Below, piece after piece: positions 13,451-26,439 of a stretch of DNA of 64,000 nt. Where the stretch lies: the NCBI GenBank assembly GCA_976226885.1, contig OZ320314.1, positions 82,274,001-82,338,000 on the forward strand, given 5' to 3'. A program made the position numbers and the translations under genes. The stretch's first letter is position 1; each line of letters starts with the position of its first letter. The notes beneath the pieces were generated by a model. The model had not been told where the DNA came from. It saw nothing but the letters and a program-made list of their open reading frames with translations, and searched no databases. The DNA comes from Iphione sp. A-MEVVRFRX5 (Eukaryota).

Positions 13451-13826
13451 TTAATGAGCCAAGCCTATCCTATGGACGGGTTCCAATTCATAAAAAGTAT
13501 TGCATGTATGCATGTCCACGTGTTACTTGTTTTTAAGCATTGTTTACAAGTTTCATGCAATGTAATGAAGTCCTTAGATTTGTACAAATTTGGCTTTCCA
13601 TTCCCAAATTTGCTGTAAAGTGAGCACAAATGGAGTTTATTACTTGTCAAATGTGCCAGAAATCGGGTGGGAAAGGCAGGGGGAGAGTAACTGGCTGGAA
13701 ACATAGGGAAATGTAACTTACTGGAACAAGTACTAAGGGCACAATTTGTTGGTCCCTTCAGTGGTGCATTAAGGGATCTGTATTGTATAGTGAACATTTA
13801 TATGTAGAAATCTTTTAACCAATTAA

Positions 13827-14191
13827 CCGTTCGTCTTTTTACGTCATTCTGCGGTAAATGACGTTGTTTACACTAGCAGTAAAATTTACGTCATTTACAT
13901 CGTGAGATCGCCGGTAGACTTTACAAGGCTGTATCTTTGTTGTCAATAAAGATAGAAAGATAATCTATACACCAACGTCTTCCTTAGATCCTTGGCTTTA
14001 ATTTGATACAAATTTTATTAACATCAGACAACTAGAACTGTGTGTTTGGCGGTTGGAAAGACATCTCCTATTATTTACCGGCAGCATGTAAGAGCTGTCG
14101 TAGTGGGACCTGTATCTGTTGTAGGCTGTCTACCAGTTGCACCGATTATTTTTGTTCATTTTGTGTCATAATGACGTAAAAAGGCGATGGG
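13827..14191. mobile_element. piggyBac-type MITE (365 bp)
   Basis: 22-bp TIRs CCGTTCGTCTTTTTACGTCATT / CCCATCGCCTTTTTACGTCATT (19/22). Flanked by TTAA (13823-13826) and TCAA (14192-14195, a mutated TSD). Internal copies of TTACGTCATT. Confidence 0.75.
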
Positions 14192-14823
14192 TCAATTAAA
14201 GAAGGGCACTAGTCCCTAATACAAAATGTATGTAGACTAACCAATCAACCAGAATGGAATACATGTAGTCAACCTGACCATGTTGCTGAGACATAAGACT
14301 TACGTAAATCTTGTGTAAATGGTATACAAGTCAGGTGCCAGTATACCAAAATACTCTGTGCTAACATCATTTAGGCCATATAGAATCTTTTACACTAAGA
14401 ATAGTATACACGATGGTTGTCTGTCATCTAAGTGACCCTGACTCTACACTGAAGGACCTCTCAGGCTACATCTTTACACTACATACATGTATACTCAGAC
14501 TGCCCATCGTGGACACGTCTTCAATGCAACCAAATCCCAAATAAATAATTCAGCCCAAAACATTCTGAATTCCTATAGTAAATATATATTATGGTAAGGT
14601 ATCTCTAATCAGGACAGCAATTTTTGCACAAATTCCCCCTGTAGACAAGGTGAAGTCAGCCAAAACTTCTTACACCAATAAGGCCGGGTCTCCATGTATC
14701 AGATTGTTTCCTCCGTATGCAGAAAATTAGCTCAGTATTCCAAAGAGTCGTGGACGGTCTTGGACATTGATGCATACAAAGGTCTCTATCCTATGCATAC
14801 GTGGAGATTAAAGCATAATATGC

Positions 14824-14897
14824 TTCAATTTTACAAATTCTGCAACAATTCCACAGATATTATCGGTGGAATTGTTGTAGATTTTGTGAAAATTGAA
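14824..14897. repeat. Near-perfect ~74-nt palindrome
   Basis: Arm TTCAATTTTACAAATTCTGCAACAATTCCAC pairs with GTGGAATTGTTGTAGATTTTGTGAAAATTGAA (2 mismatches, 1 indel) around AGATATTATCG. Confidence 0.85.
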
Positions 14898-15170
14898 ATA
14901 TATTAGTGGATTTTGGGTGGAAATTAGATACTTTACATGATATAACATATGTTAGACGGTGTTCCTCCTTCTTCATACTGTCATTTCTCTATCCTACTCA
15001 TCTGTATTGGTGTCTGGAGAATTTACGGACAGTGCTCGTTTTTGAACTCTGGCCACCTCCAGACTCTAGACTCTGGACTCACGACATGTACACATGGAAT
15101 ACCTCAGTTAGATTACCCCAGATTACATCACAGAACATATAAACATCCTTACACATGGAAACCAGCTCTA
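14880..15170 (+). repeat. Dispersed repeat, copy A (homologous to ~60490-60790 minus)
   Basis: Colinear shared blocks: ATTGAA.TATAT, AAATTA.ATAC, AACATATGTTA, TTTCTCTA.CCTACTCATCTGTA, ACATGGAAACCA. Confidence 0.65.
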
Positions 15171-16559
15171 ACAAAGGATTCGTTGCAAGTAGCCACTATC
15201 AAAGGTTTTGGCTGCTTTAAGCTTTGAGGTAATAGAGGGTTTATTCCCATAGATACGTGCTAATTCAACACTGCTTGGTCTAAGAGCCTCAAGGGGATGG
15301 CTGAGGACGGACATAGCACCTGCGGAGGTGTAGTGACATCAAAAGACATCACGGGGCTCGTTGAGGACAGGGGTCAGAGGAACAAGGCGAGGTATAGACA
15401 CATGTAAGGTAGTCAGGAGGACCGGGGTAGCACCTTAGGATGTGTGGGTACATTTAATGGTGGACGGAGGACAGCTGAGGACACAGGGGGGGGATCAAAT
15501 ATTCTGGTGATGTGTTATTCGGTATGTGAATTTAGCGTGAATAGCTATTGGCCTTCTGAATTTTGTGTTCTGAATGTAACAGAGAAATTTCTGGTGAAGC
15601 GCTATCTAAGCAACAACTGTTGGTGAAGCACTATTTGCTAATTTTTAAATGCTATGCGTGCTCTGAATTCCTGGTGAACCGTTATTGGGTATAACCTGAC
15701 CCCCTGTGAGGACGGGCGTAGCACTTGAGGAGGTGTAGAACAATCTAAGGCCATCAGATATATGGCGGAGGACAGGAGTAGCGCCTGACAAGGTGAGAAA
15801 TTATAATAACTAAAATACTCAATTCCCATACTACTAGTAGATCTGTAAAGAGCATTCCTCGCAAATGGGTACGATTTGGTTCAGAACCAAGGGTATTCGA
15901 GTTGGGGACGTCTGATTGTAGGTCTAAAGGTATATTGGTCAAACCTCTTTAACAGGATAGCATTTTAAATAATAAATTTTGTTGATCAACACTTTCCTTT
16001 TGTTTAGCTTGAACAGTGCAACTAATAGGAAAAAATTCAATTGGCAACTGAATTGAAAACATTGCCTACAATCCTAGGTCTGGGCCCTTTAAAAGCAACA
16101 TTGTGAGAGTTTTTCCGGCCTGAGAACGGCTTACGTATCGAAAGCTCTTTTTACCATGTAATATGATTCGTTGTCGTGATGAAACAAAAAGACTGACCCG
16201 CTTCAAAATGAAGTGCGAACAAAACGGGAATCCAGCCGTGTAATTACAGAAGACTGGCTTTGCGTAATTTTTTTGTCCATGTAAGTACATTGTACATGTA
16301 AAGGTTAATGTAATTATCATCGGATATATGATAATAATACTGTTTATTGTTTATGTCATTTCTTATTGCAGCGTCGACATACAGAAATAAAGAAAAGGGA
16401 ATATATTACAGGGTAATAGTGATATAGTGCAATTATATCAGTTCATCATCATCCCTTATTCTGAACATACGTGAACAGAAATAGAATCTGATAGTCAAAT
16501 ACACAGAAATAACACAATCCCACTGACAGGTAAGGAAATATCTTGAAATATACAAAAAA

Positions 16560-16610
16560 TTTTAATACTGATGAAGGACTGAACAAAATCCGAAACGTTG
16601 AGCTGCATTC
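16560..16610 (+). ncRNA. Hammerhead-ribozyme-like motif (PLE minimal type)
   Basis: CTGATGA-A-GGA(ctgaacaaaa)TCC-GAAA-CGTT. The core and the palindromic stem III (AACGTT) are intact; stem I pairing is not evident. AATAAA follows shortly after. Confidence 0.4.
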
Positions 16611-19329
16611 AACAATAAAATCACCACAATCAAACTGACTCAGTTGTTTGGGTTTTGTCTGAATTCTATTTATCCATAATTATAATAAATACACAAATGT
16701 ATGATCCATGTTCCATGCTGTTCGTAAAGTTGTCAGAGTATCTAAGCATGCCCCGTCCTGTTGTAGTCAACTAAATAGAAATTCAAATAGCATTCAATGT
16801 TTTACTGGTATCTTGTCTATGATAAACCAGTACATCGGTCGTTCCATTTTAATGCGTGACATTAGTTATGAGTTTCGGCGTAAAGTCCATTATTTTGCTC
16901 TCTTTGTATCAGATAGACGTAGGTTTCTTCCCTTCTTTGATATGATACTCTAATGACATTAAAGCAAAGCTAATATAGGAGATGAGACGAAGATCCTTTG
17001 TAATATTAAATCATTATCGTATCACCAGATCAAACATTCAACACACCTTGCAGTCTTGTGTTCCTAATACGTGGTGCACATGTGTGCCAATGTCGTATCC
17101 ATGTGCCATTAACCTATGTGTTTGTAGCGCTTGTATGATGCCTCCAAAACCCGTAATGCGTCAAACATAAAGAAAAACATTTTAATGGGTAACTTTAAAA
17201 AAAACACCAATAGACTTATAAAAAGATATATTTGTAAACTGGCACAGCAAAGCCCTAGTTTCACATAAGTGTCCCAAACAATGTGTTGTAGTTTTGTCCC
17301 GTATTCTTATAAAATTCATCTATTCGAAACAATTTATATTATATATATGCTGTTTGGGGAAGAACATTATGTTATGTCCATTTTGTGTATAAAAATGCGA
17401 AAGTGAAATTCGTACATGTACATGTGTTTATCATTCAGACAATGAATTTAGAATGTCTGTATATTCTGTATGGTATGCATAAACAATTACATGTAAACCT
17501 AAACTACATGTATGTCGATGGCACTCTAAGTAGTGCACTGCTATTCATTGCAAACCCCACGGACAGGTTCATATTTCACAGGAAAAAACAATACTGAAGG
17601 CGCTAGACACGGAGGGCAATGTAAGTTGGATAGGGATAATATGAAAGCACACAGACTTGAACATCTGAGAGTGTGCCTCTGAGTGGTTGTCAGGTTTCGG
17701 GGAGTATCTAACGTTACTGTGCACCATGTGGCCAACAAGGAGGAAGCGAGCACATTGAAAATATCATTAGAGTCAGCTTGGGAACGTGGCCACACGCCTG
17801 TGTCAACACCAACTGACGGCAAGACAAGAGCCTGGCTGTGGACTGGACTTCTGAGCGGCCACTATTCTCTGAGGACCGACAACAGCCCCTTTTCCTGCTC
17901 ACCAAATGTCATGCACCCTAGACTAGACACGGCACTGGGCGACTTGCACTTGATATGGCACTGGTGGGCAGGATTGTACGGCTGTTTGACGAGTGGCGGC
18001 CTGGACTGATTCGCTTGGAAAACCTAACTGAAGGGATGGCCATTTTGCGAAGGCGGTCTATCAAATTAAGGCACCAAGGGCTGTGAAGAACACCATTACT
18101 TCTCTAATTTTTTTATTCCCTTTACCTTGTGCTCGTGAGTGTTTGTCTTCTGACTCCCACCAACATCAAGCTTGTACTCCCGAGTACTTTCTTCTGATGT
18201 CGATCAGAAACGACCCTATTATGGAGAACCAGATCCAAGCAAACCAGCTAGAAAAATACTGGAAAGAAATGTTGCCCTGAATAGATAACGCAGCAGTGAT
18301 GGGGAATGACAACCTAATGTGGTCACCTTTCAAATATTTAACATCCCGCCGATTTTGTATAAAGGTACGACGATTACAAAACAAGGTTTCACAGCATGTT
18401 ACAAGTTTATATGCCTGCAGGTACTGTCAAAAGACCTATCAGACACAATGCGGATGGTTTGCTTCCTAAACAATTTCTGGGTCTAAATATGCGCTTGCCT
18501 TCTGCTCTGTGTCCTTATGTGATACCATCTTGTCAGACGTATGCCTGAGGCCTTACTTTATCTATGACAAACGTGCATTATCGAATACCATATCCATGCA
18601 CAATCACCACCTGTATAAGTACTCCTCTTAGTGCGGTGACATTCCTTGTTGTGCAGTTGTGTGTGACAGACTAGAGCTTATCTACTGCTGCTTCTAGACA
18701 TTCTTCATTATCTAATCAAAACCAGAGGCTGTCATATAACGGGAGATGGCTGCACACTCTTTCAAGGGATGGCAGCAACAAGGGAGTCTGTATTAGTTGG
18801 AATTGCTTTCATTTTTGATAGGTGTTAAATACGTTTTGTTTGATCAAAGTACTCTGCAATATGTTCCTTGCCTTGTTATAGGCCTTTTTCATTCTTTAAC
18901 TGGTGGCGGTGTTTGATTATGTTATTTGCCATAAGCAATATTTTTCTCTTCAATCAAAACTCATGAAATTCAACATGTTTGTGACCGAGCCTTGGGTAAT
19001 AATAGTAGCTATATTCGTAATCAAATAAAAGTTAATATTGACGACATTAAAACTAGGTCAACTAAGAGCAAGACTGAAAGCATTTTAATTAAATGGCCAG
19101 TGGTCTATTCTTGAGCTAGCATGACTCATTTACATGAAAAACGGGTATATTTAGCAGCAGAGCTATCATACATTCAATAAGGGATTGTCACTCAAAAAAA
19201 GTCACACCAGCAAGCCTTCCAAGGGTGTATACAGCGGCCTGCATAGAAGTCTTATTGCCTGTACTACTCAACGTGTCCGCCTACACTAAACACGACTATC
19301 GTCTCAGGGGCCTACAAGAGCAAGGCATG

Positions 19330-19900
19330 GGTGGCGCCGTCGCTCCTGACTCTGACCACTCAATGAGCTCTAATCCCCCACGGCCAGGCTCGGCACACAG
19401 CGTTAATCCCACTTGTCATAGATCGCAGGCGTCCCAGTGTGCGGGCCGAGGGCCGCCATCAAGAGACAGCGTCCGTTTCAGGTACTTGAGCGGAGAGAGC
19501 TCGCGGTTGGGTAGTGGTGGGGCTGTCTTCTGACGGGTGGCCGCCCACAGTTGGATGTCAGCGCCTGATGTAAGGCTGGAGGGCCTGGCCATTACATTCT
19601 AACATCCACCATTAGATGACTACCTTTCATTGAGAACCGTCAGCGGGCGGCCCACCATGTGGCTTGACGTCTACTGGCCGCCTTTTGGCGGCCGTGGAAT
19701 TACCACGTGCTTGTTCATTCGGAATCCATTCACTTTCGTACCTCATGGTTTCTGCCTTTGGAGGATCGGTATTATTACAACTGGTTCACCGTTATCATCT
19801 GGGGCTTGCCTAGTAATGATTTGCGTTGCCAGTCATTGACTGATGTGACTTCTGTGCCCTCCCCTTTTTGTCACAACCTTCTCATTATGGCTTCCTTTGT
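19330..19900 (+). mobile_element. Ngaro-like RT relic
   Basis: Motifs in family order: PPRPGSAHSVNP (P.G.SVN), AGRGPPSRDSVRFRYL (G.G..AK.D..AFR), LGSGGAVF*RVAAHSWM (FG..S..IF...A.ALxW), HPPLDDYL (HYLDDFL). Confidence 0.45.
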
Positions 19901-20949
19901 TATTACGACGTAGATAATACTGTAATTCCCGGACAGTTCAACGTTGCCTGTCTTCATCATTCCGCGACAATCATACTACACAACAGCATTTATTCGTTCA
20001 ATGTTAAGAGGATGTTAACTGCCGTTACCCATTTATCATCTATCAAAATAATCATAAACAAATTATAAAATACTGCTTCCATTCTTATCTTCACCAAGCT
20101 CACAGATGTTTCGCCGTATTTGAATATCTGTATGAATGGCTCTACCAAACTGCCTCAGTTGTTGATGCCCGCCAATCAAAAGCCCAAACAGGGAAATTCG
20201 TCCCGACTCCATCTGAGGTTTTTACTTTTCACATGATGCGAACGGAATTCGTAATCAGGTTGATTTGTTGCAGGCTCATCAAATTTCTTTCGTAGGTTTC
20301 TTTCAAGGGTCTTCCATCGGGTATTGAAGGTACAATTCAAGACATAACAGTCAGTTGTAGGTAATCATTGCAACCACTAGATTATACTTCAAGAAATGAC
20401 GCGAAATTACTTTTTAATTATTTTTCCCTGGAGGTGGTGTGATCTGAAAAGCTCATTCTATTAATAATTCAATAAGGACATTTATCGTGATTAATCGCAA
20501 GCGGCAACGTTTGCTAGCATGTTATAGAGAAGAAATTAAAATGTTATACATGCATTATGAACGTGATGGATGCATCCATAAAGCGGTATCAGCTTACACA
20601 AGAGATCGCTGTCCTGTTTTTGAAGGATAGTCTCAATATTAGTATAAGTCGACTGGAGTTTCAAGATCCATTGTACATGTATGTACAGGCTCTGTATGGA
20701 TCGGGAACAGATTGTGTGTATCCTGTCGTTCTTTTTCTGCTTGCGTATCAACATGTGTTTATTACGTCGTATGTTTTTAGCAGGGAATTTACGGTAGAAG
20801 AACTATGTGTTTCATACACGTGTATGTCTTTACTTCGTAGGACGCTTATTATAGCAAACTACCAAAATTGATCATTTTGAACCCGCAATAATATTGGAGT
20901 AGTTCAATGTAAAGGGAAAATTTGGATGGGGTTCACGTGAGAGGGTCTT

Positions 20950-21165
20950 TCAACATGCAGCGCTGCTGGATACCATTACAAACACCCAAATTAGAAAGTA
21001 AAACACCAGTGCAGGATAATTCCCAAATTTAGTAGTAAAAGTTCTGTTTAGACATTTATTTTTTCCGATGTTAATTCTTTTCAACTGTTTATTCTCGCTT
21101 GAGATCCAGCTGATATCTTCGACGTAAGTGGCATGTCCAATAAGATTCCAGCTGATGGACCGCAC
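20950..21165 (-). mobile_element. Possible LINE RT fragment
   Basis: ATYVEDISW...LKRINIGKNKCL resembles YADD ... L.IN..KTK.M. Confidence 0.25.
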
Positions 21166-22419
21166 TTGGTCACATCATATTGACTACGGGTCCCCAGATG
21201 TGTAGTTCACTTGGGTATATATATCGCTGTTCGCTCTGATGCACGTCCCATATTCTACCATTGTTTTCCTTTTCCCCCTACTAAATATCTTTTAGTGTAT
21301 GTCTGCTTTGTTTTTTGGCAACTGGGTCTTCACACACCAGGCCTACGTATTGCTAGTTCATGATCTACTTTCAGGTTTTCTTTGAAAAGTGTCAAATTTG
21401 ACGAGGTCCTTGCTTATATCATATTGCCCCAGTCGTAAATCAAGCCAACCAGATTTCAAAATTTTCTTAGGTACTTGAACCAAATTCATAGAATAAAGAA
21501 TTATCATGTTTATTTTGTCCAAATAATAAGTAAGCAAAATAATAAGTAAAAGTATACTACTGTAGTTATTTTTGAAACACATTCATAACCCTACCAAGAA
21601 GTAGATTAAGAAAGAGATCCCAATATCCGATCTAAAACGTTAATACATTTATATTCATGCATGTTATATTTTCCACCCTATGAACTGTTCAAACCACATT
21701 TACTCGGTTTTGTAAAATATGCGATCGGTAAGGGTCGTACAAAATCCCGTAAAAAACGTTTTCCAAAGATATAAATCCTTCTTAGGGATGTTTCCTTAAT
21801 CTCCTCCTGCTCCCCATAATCGCAGTCTTAGCTTCTATGCCCATTAACATCAGGAAGCAAAGCTTCACTTAAGGGGTTTCATAGTCTCGCATCAAATGTA
21901 AATAAAAGGCACAATACACACTCTACATAGATCATATATATAGTACATGTTCGCACCGTTTAACTCTATATATTAACATAGAATTTTCTGTAATTTTCTG
22001 TATTCTTATCACAATCCAGTCACATGTGTAATGATAATTATGTGACGTAATATTTCTTTAGCCTAGAGTACAATTACCTCCTACATGTAATATGGTTTAC
22101 AGTGCGACTCTTTATTCCCTTTTTGTCAACACAAAAGCCCCCAGGCTCCAAAAGGAAATTGCACTGGCCTGGTAAGAAAATTGGAAGAGACTAATACAAC
22201 TGAAAGTGGGGCGTGTACATGTATTCTATAAAAGATGCAAGAGCTCTATTTCGGTGCAAATACGTCCATGATAGCTACCATGAGGATCGACTTAGCTAGG
22301 CTTAGATGATAAAAAAGAGATGGTGCCAATAATGCCGACTATAGAGTCGTAGGACGAGGACGGGAGAAGTATGTATGTGTAAGAGTTCACGACTCCATCT
22401 CCTCTGGACAGGAGTGTCC

Positions 22420-22700
22420 CTATTTGCTATAGCAGTCCTCACGCAGTCAGAGGTCACCCTGATGGGATCGTCTTGGGCGACTCTCGACTGGCTTCAGTGG
22501 TGGCCTTCAGAAGGCTGGAAGACAAAAAAATGACTCAATAAAGATTAATGCCAGCGGCCTCACTGGTTCCGCGGCAAGGCCGCCGGCATTGACGTATGAG
22601 GTGACTTTCCCAATATTTCGCTGGCATCGGCATAGATGAGGGCTTAGAGTGTGTTAGAAGGGGTAGTAGCTGCCCCAAACCTCAGACGGATCGGACCTAC
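22420..22700 (+). mobile_element. DIRS/Ngaro-like RT-thumb/RNase H fragment
   Basis: EVTLMGSSWATLDWLQWW (L...DL.WW), then INASGLTGSAA (TDASG..G.GA). Confidence 0.3.
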
Positions 22701-22805
22701 CTTGCGCATGTTGTCAGTTGAACAATGCCCTTCATGTGCAATCCGACGCAGAGAGTCAATCAGGGTGTCTGATCATAAGTCTACTCTGACTCCGAAAAAC
22801 GTTCT

Positions 22806-22808
<3 letters not shown>

Positions 22809-22860
<52 letters not shown>
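22809..22860. repeat. (CT)n microsatellite
   Basis: Direct reading. Confidence 0.95.
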
Positions 22861-22864
<4 letters not shown>

Positions 22865-23300
22865 GTATGTCCTTTTGTTGGGGAGTAGTTAGACGGAATA
22901 ATCATGATATCTATAGTGTCGGATATGAACTATAATACAAATTGAGCTGTATCTAAGTCATGATAGAAACATTCAACGTGTGAAAAAAATACTTTTACAG
23001 TATTTTTTGATAGAAATCTGGACACACATTTACACAAGACCTTTCATATTCATATATTCCATCAAACTACGCGTCTGTTTTATCTTATCTCCAGGTGAAT
23101 CAAAACAATAAATAACATTTGACATGACCTCTGCGTCATAAATGTCACTTCAACTTAATGGTGGCTTCTGGTTTATCTCCCAACAAGATCCCGGGTTGGC
23201 CAACGTATACATGTACTTGGTTGAACCTATCTAAGCAGACCAGACTTTCCAACTATATAACACCCTGCACGCGTTTAATATCTAGGTAGAAAGAGGGGGA

Positions 23301-23355
23301 GAGACAGACAGACAGACAGACAGACAGAGACTGAGAAAGACAGAGACAAAGACAG
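23301..23355. repeat. (GACA)n / GA-rich simple repeat
   Basis: Direct reading. Confidence 0.9.
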
Positions 23356-24739
23356 CTCGAGAAACAGATCGAAAGATGGGGGTAGTGACGAAATCAACGA
23401 GAATGAAATGACGGCCTTACGAAAACGGGGAATGTTTTGCGTTGACTGCTACACAAGTAACCCCATAATACCATGGTTGACAGCTTTGTGCTTGGGGTTA
23501 TGATCTAACCCTGATTCCCTTGAGTTATGACTGTGGCACATGTGTTACTTGAACCGCCTGAGTGGTTCACCATCCTTCAGGTCATGCGAGTGTGGGAGGA
23601 AGTGGGCAGGGGCTCATCAATTTGGTCTTGTGGAGTTTTCTTAGATGGAAGACTGGAAAACCACATTTCATGTCTTCAGTCTGAGTGGCCTGCGTGTCCA
23701 GCCTTTAGCGTTGATTACTGGCGGATCCAATAACAATCGCCTGAGGATGGTGTTTGTTATTTACTGCGCACAATCACATTTGTTTCTTGTGGTGAGAACT
23801 TCATATTTCCTTCTTACAAACGTGGTATATCTATAGGAACTTTCATGCAATAACTACATCCCATCATTCATACGTGTATATATTACACTTTTTCCGTCAA
23901 GCTTAGTATCACGAGTGTACTTTTTGAGCATGATGCAATCTCAGTCAAAAGGATCCTGTCACTGAAATCATTGGTTTAATTTTCATCACATCGGCTCATG
24001 TTGCTCCGTTTGCACAAAGGTCACCTTCACAACCCCCACTCCTTTAAGAAGTTTCAAATGTTTTCAAATGTCATATTTTTCGTTGGTTGGGAGACAATAT
24101 TTGGCGCTCTCTAAAAGTGCTCTACACTGACTCATTACAATTCACAGTGTTCGTGAGGATCGGTGCACACCGGAACTAGTGTTCTGATAATAGTGTTAAA
24201 ACGATCTTCTCGCATGGCCGTGCCGCCTGGTGTGAAGTAGAGTACATGTGCTTACTCAGAATTACTGCGAGGCGCCTTCCTACTTGCAGCAAATCCGTAA
24301 CCTCCATCATTGGGATTGCTATTGCAAAGAAGGACCGGCCCTATGGTCCCTGAGCTCTCATCGCTGTGCCCGGCTAATCTAGATAACTGATATGGCTTCT
24401 CGAATGCCGTCTGGAGAGGAAATTATTTCACGTCGTAAGATCGAGAAAGACTAATATGTTAGAAATAGCAGCCTAATGGAATTGTCACGTACCTCTACTA
24501 ATGCATCGGGTTATTCGAGCAAGTTACAACGGAAACGTTTGCCCTCTTAGGCGGAAAAACTATGAGTAAAATTCGAATGCACCAGGATACAATTCCTTTA
24601 TAGATGGAGTAGTATTACTGAATATGATTGATGCACTGTAGATATTTATCCTTGAAGTTTTATAAGAACATCAATCAAATCCATATGGTTTATAGCAGAT
24701 TTAAAGAAAAAGCATTGGTCGATAATACATAAACCATCG

Positions 24740-25400
24740 CACACATCATAAAGGCAAATCACTCTCTGGATAAAAAGGGATACTTCCTGTGGTAAAACTG
24801 CCCCTGTCGCGCGGCCGTCTCACCATTATGGCCCGAAGACTGACGCGGCACGTGCCGTTAGGACTCGGGGTCAAGACCCGACTGCCTGGGGTCAAGGGCA
24901 TCCGAAGGTAGCTGGAGGGACCGTGACTCCCCGTCAGCTGTACGACGGCGACTTCTTGCCGGGGACTCCCACCATCACATCGCCCACCCCGCCTAGCACC
25001 CGCTCTTTCGTCCAACGCCCGCCGGCTACTGGCAGCTGCCACCCACGATGCTCCCCTGCCTCCCGTGGATCACAGCTCCAAAGCGTCGCCAAAGTATAGC
25101 AATGGAAACAGCGTCACGACGCATGTGATGGGATAGCGCGAGCAGCTCACCCCTCAGTGGGCGCCAGGGCGCCGCCGTCCTGCTCGAGCACGCCAGGCCC
25201 CTACCCGCTACAAGACACAGTCGTTCAGCCGCGACTAAGTGTATGGTATTTTCTTAATGCAAGCGAACCACACGGAAAGATGACACCCGGAGGGCATTCC
25301 CTCACGCATGCAGAAGAGCATAGAGCTGCTCGGAACGGATATCTGAAATTAATACCACAAGTAGCAGCCCCCTATACTGACCAAACATTCAGTCTCTAGA
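24740..25400 (+). mobile_element. Possible Ngaro-like ORF1 C-terminal remnant
   Basis: GC-rich Pro/Ser region followed by KCMVFS*CKRTTRKDDTRRAFPHACRRA*SC, resembling a CCCH/CCHC finger. Confidence 0.2.
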
Positions 25401-25911
25401 CATAGCAGTTGCATCAGCTGCATCGAGCTGGAAACTATAGACACAGTTGGGGTAACACAAGCCAACTGCGCTAGGCTCCATCAAAACTAGAATTTTCCCG
25501 TCCCCCCCCCCCCTTCCCCGCCAACAGAAAAAGAAGGGCAGCTGCCCTTTTGGGTGATTAACGAGAATCCATTATACAGTAACCCGGCAAATACGACTTG
25601 GTTCATCAAATTCAGCCAAATACTTGAAAAAGCGTAGCTTGTAAATCCCAAGTTAGATAAATATAAAAGATATTCAATCATACCTTGAAATAATTCCCAG
25701 GTGAAAATATGGAGACACTGTATTTTCCTCAATGAACATGTTTCTTCTGCGGTTCATAACAAAACCTGTAAACGTGATCATTGTTTTGTAACTAATATCA
25801 ATATCATTGCATGCTAATACTACATATCCATTTTAATACGTTAACATCCATTAAGATTAGATATTTGACTGAATGAAAATACTTCTCTTAGGAACGAAAG
25901 AAACACTCTTG

Positions 25912-26154
25912 TTAATCTGCGCACATATTCTGTCGTGTTATTTTGAAAGTGTCAAATTGATTTTGATAGAGCAGATCACAATTGATATATGGCATCAGCC
26001 ATGGGAATTTTTTTGGTAAGTGCTTAGATTCTAAACATTGAAAAAGATAAATATTGCCTCTAAGAATTTTTTTCGGTATAAAAGTGTTAGCACCTGGTGA
26101 GATGTGATTGATATATTCGGTGAGAAAGTCACAGGAAGGGTTCACTCCAGACAC
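25912..26154 (-). mobile_element. LINE endonuclease-RT linker fragment
   Basis: INHISPGANTFIPKK...KKFPWLMPYINCDLLYQ matches the ..D..AP.K....PW.T..I pattern. Confidence 0.3.
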
Positions 26155-26439
26155 AAAGCACTAATTGCATTCAAAGTTAACGTAATCATGTCCTAAACCC
26201 GGATCCTGCGTGGTAGCCCAGGATTGTATCGTAATCATAGCCGGCCACGTGTCTAAGTGGCTTAATTCCCAGTAGCATACGAGCGGCGCTGTCCTCCGCC
26301 AGATAGCTGTCTTCTTCGACCAATTGCGTTAGCTGGGCTCAGCACTGTGTCTACTCTAATGGTCACTGGCATCGACGTAACGAGGGCGCGACGGTTGCGC
26401 GTTGAAACGGACAGGGACGCAGCCCATCTGCAGTTCCTC

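Noticed and set aside
18420-18700. Tc1-like GGG.VMVWG motif on the minus strand (YTGGDCAWIW)
   Set aside because: A single weak motif with no QDN/DDE support or TIRs.
20230-20370. MADF/Myb-like TFNTRWKTLERNLRKKF on the minus strand
   Set aside because: One short helix match only; too weak to annotate.
22547-22591. 14-bp GC-rich hairpin considered as an HDV-like ribozyme
   Set aside because: No nested double-pseudoknot elements were found, and it overlaps an RNase H-like coding remnant.
26236-26262. tRNA/SINE A-box-like sequence
   Set aside because: No B-box or cloverleaf follows; no tRNA or rRNA gene could be supported anywhere in the window.
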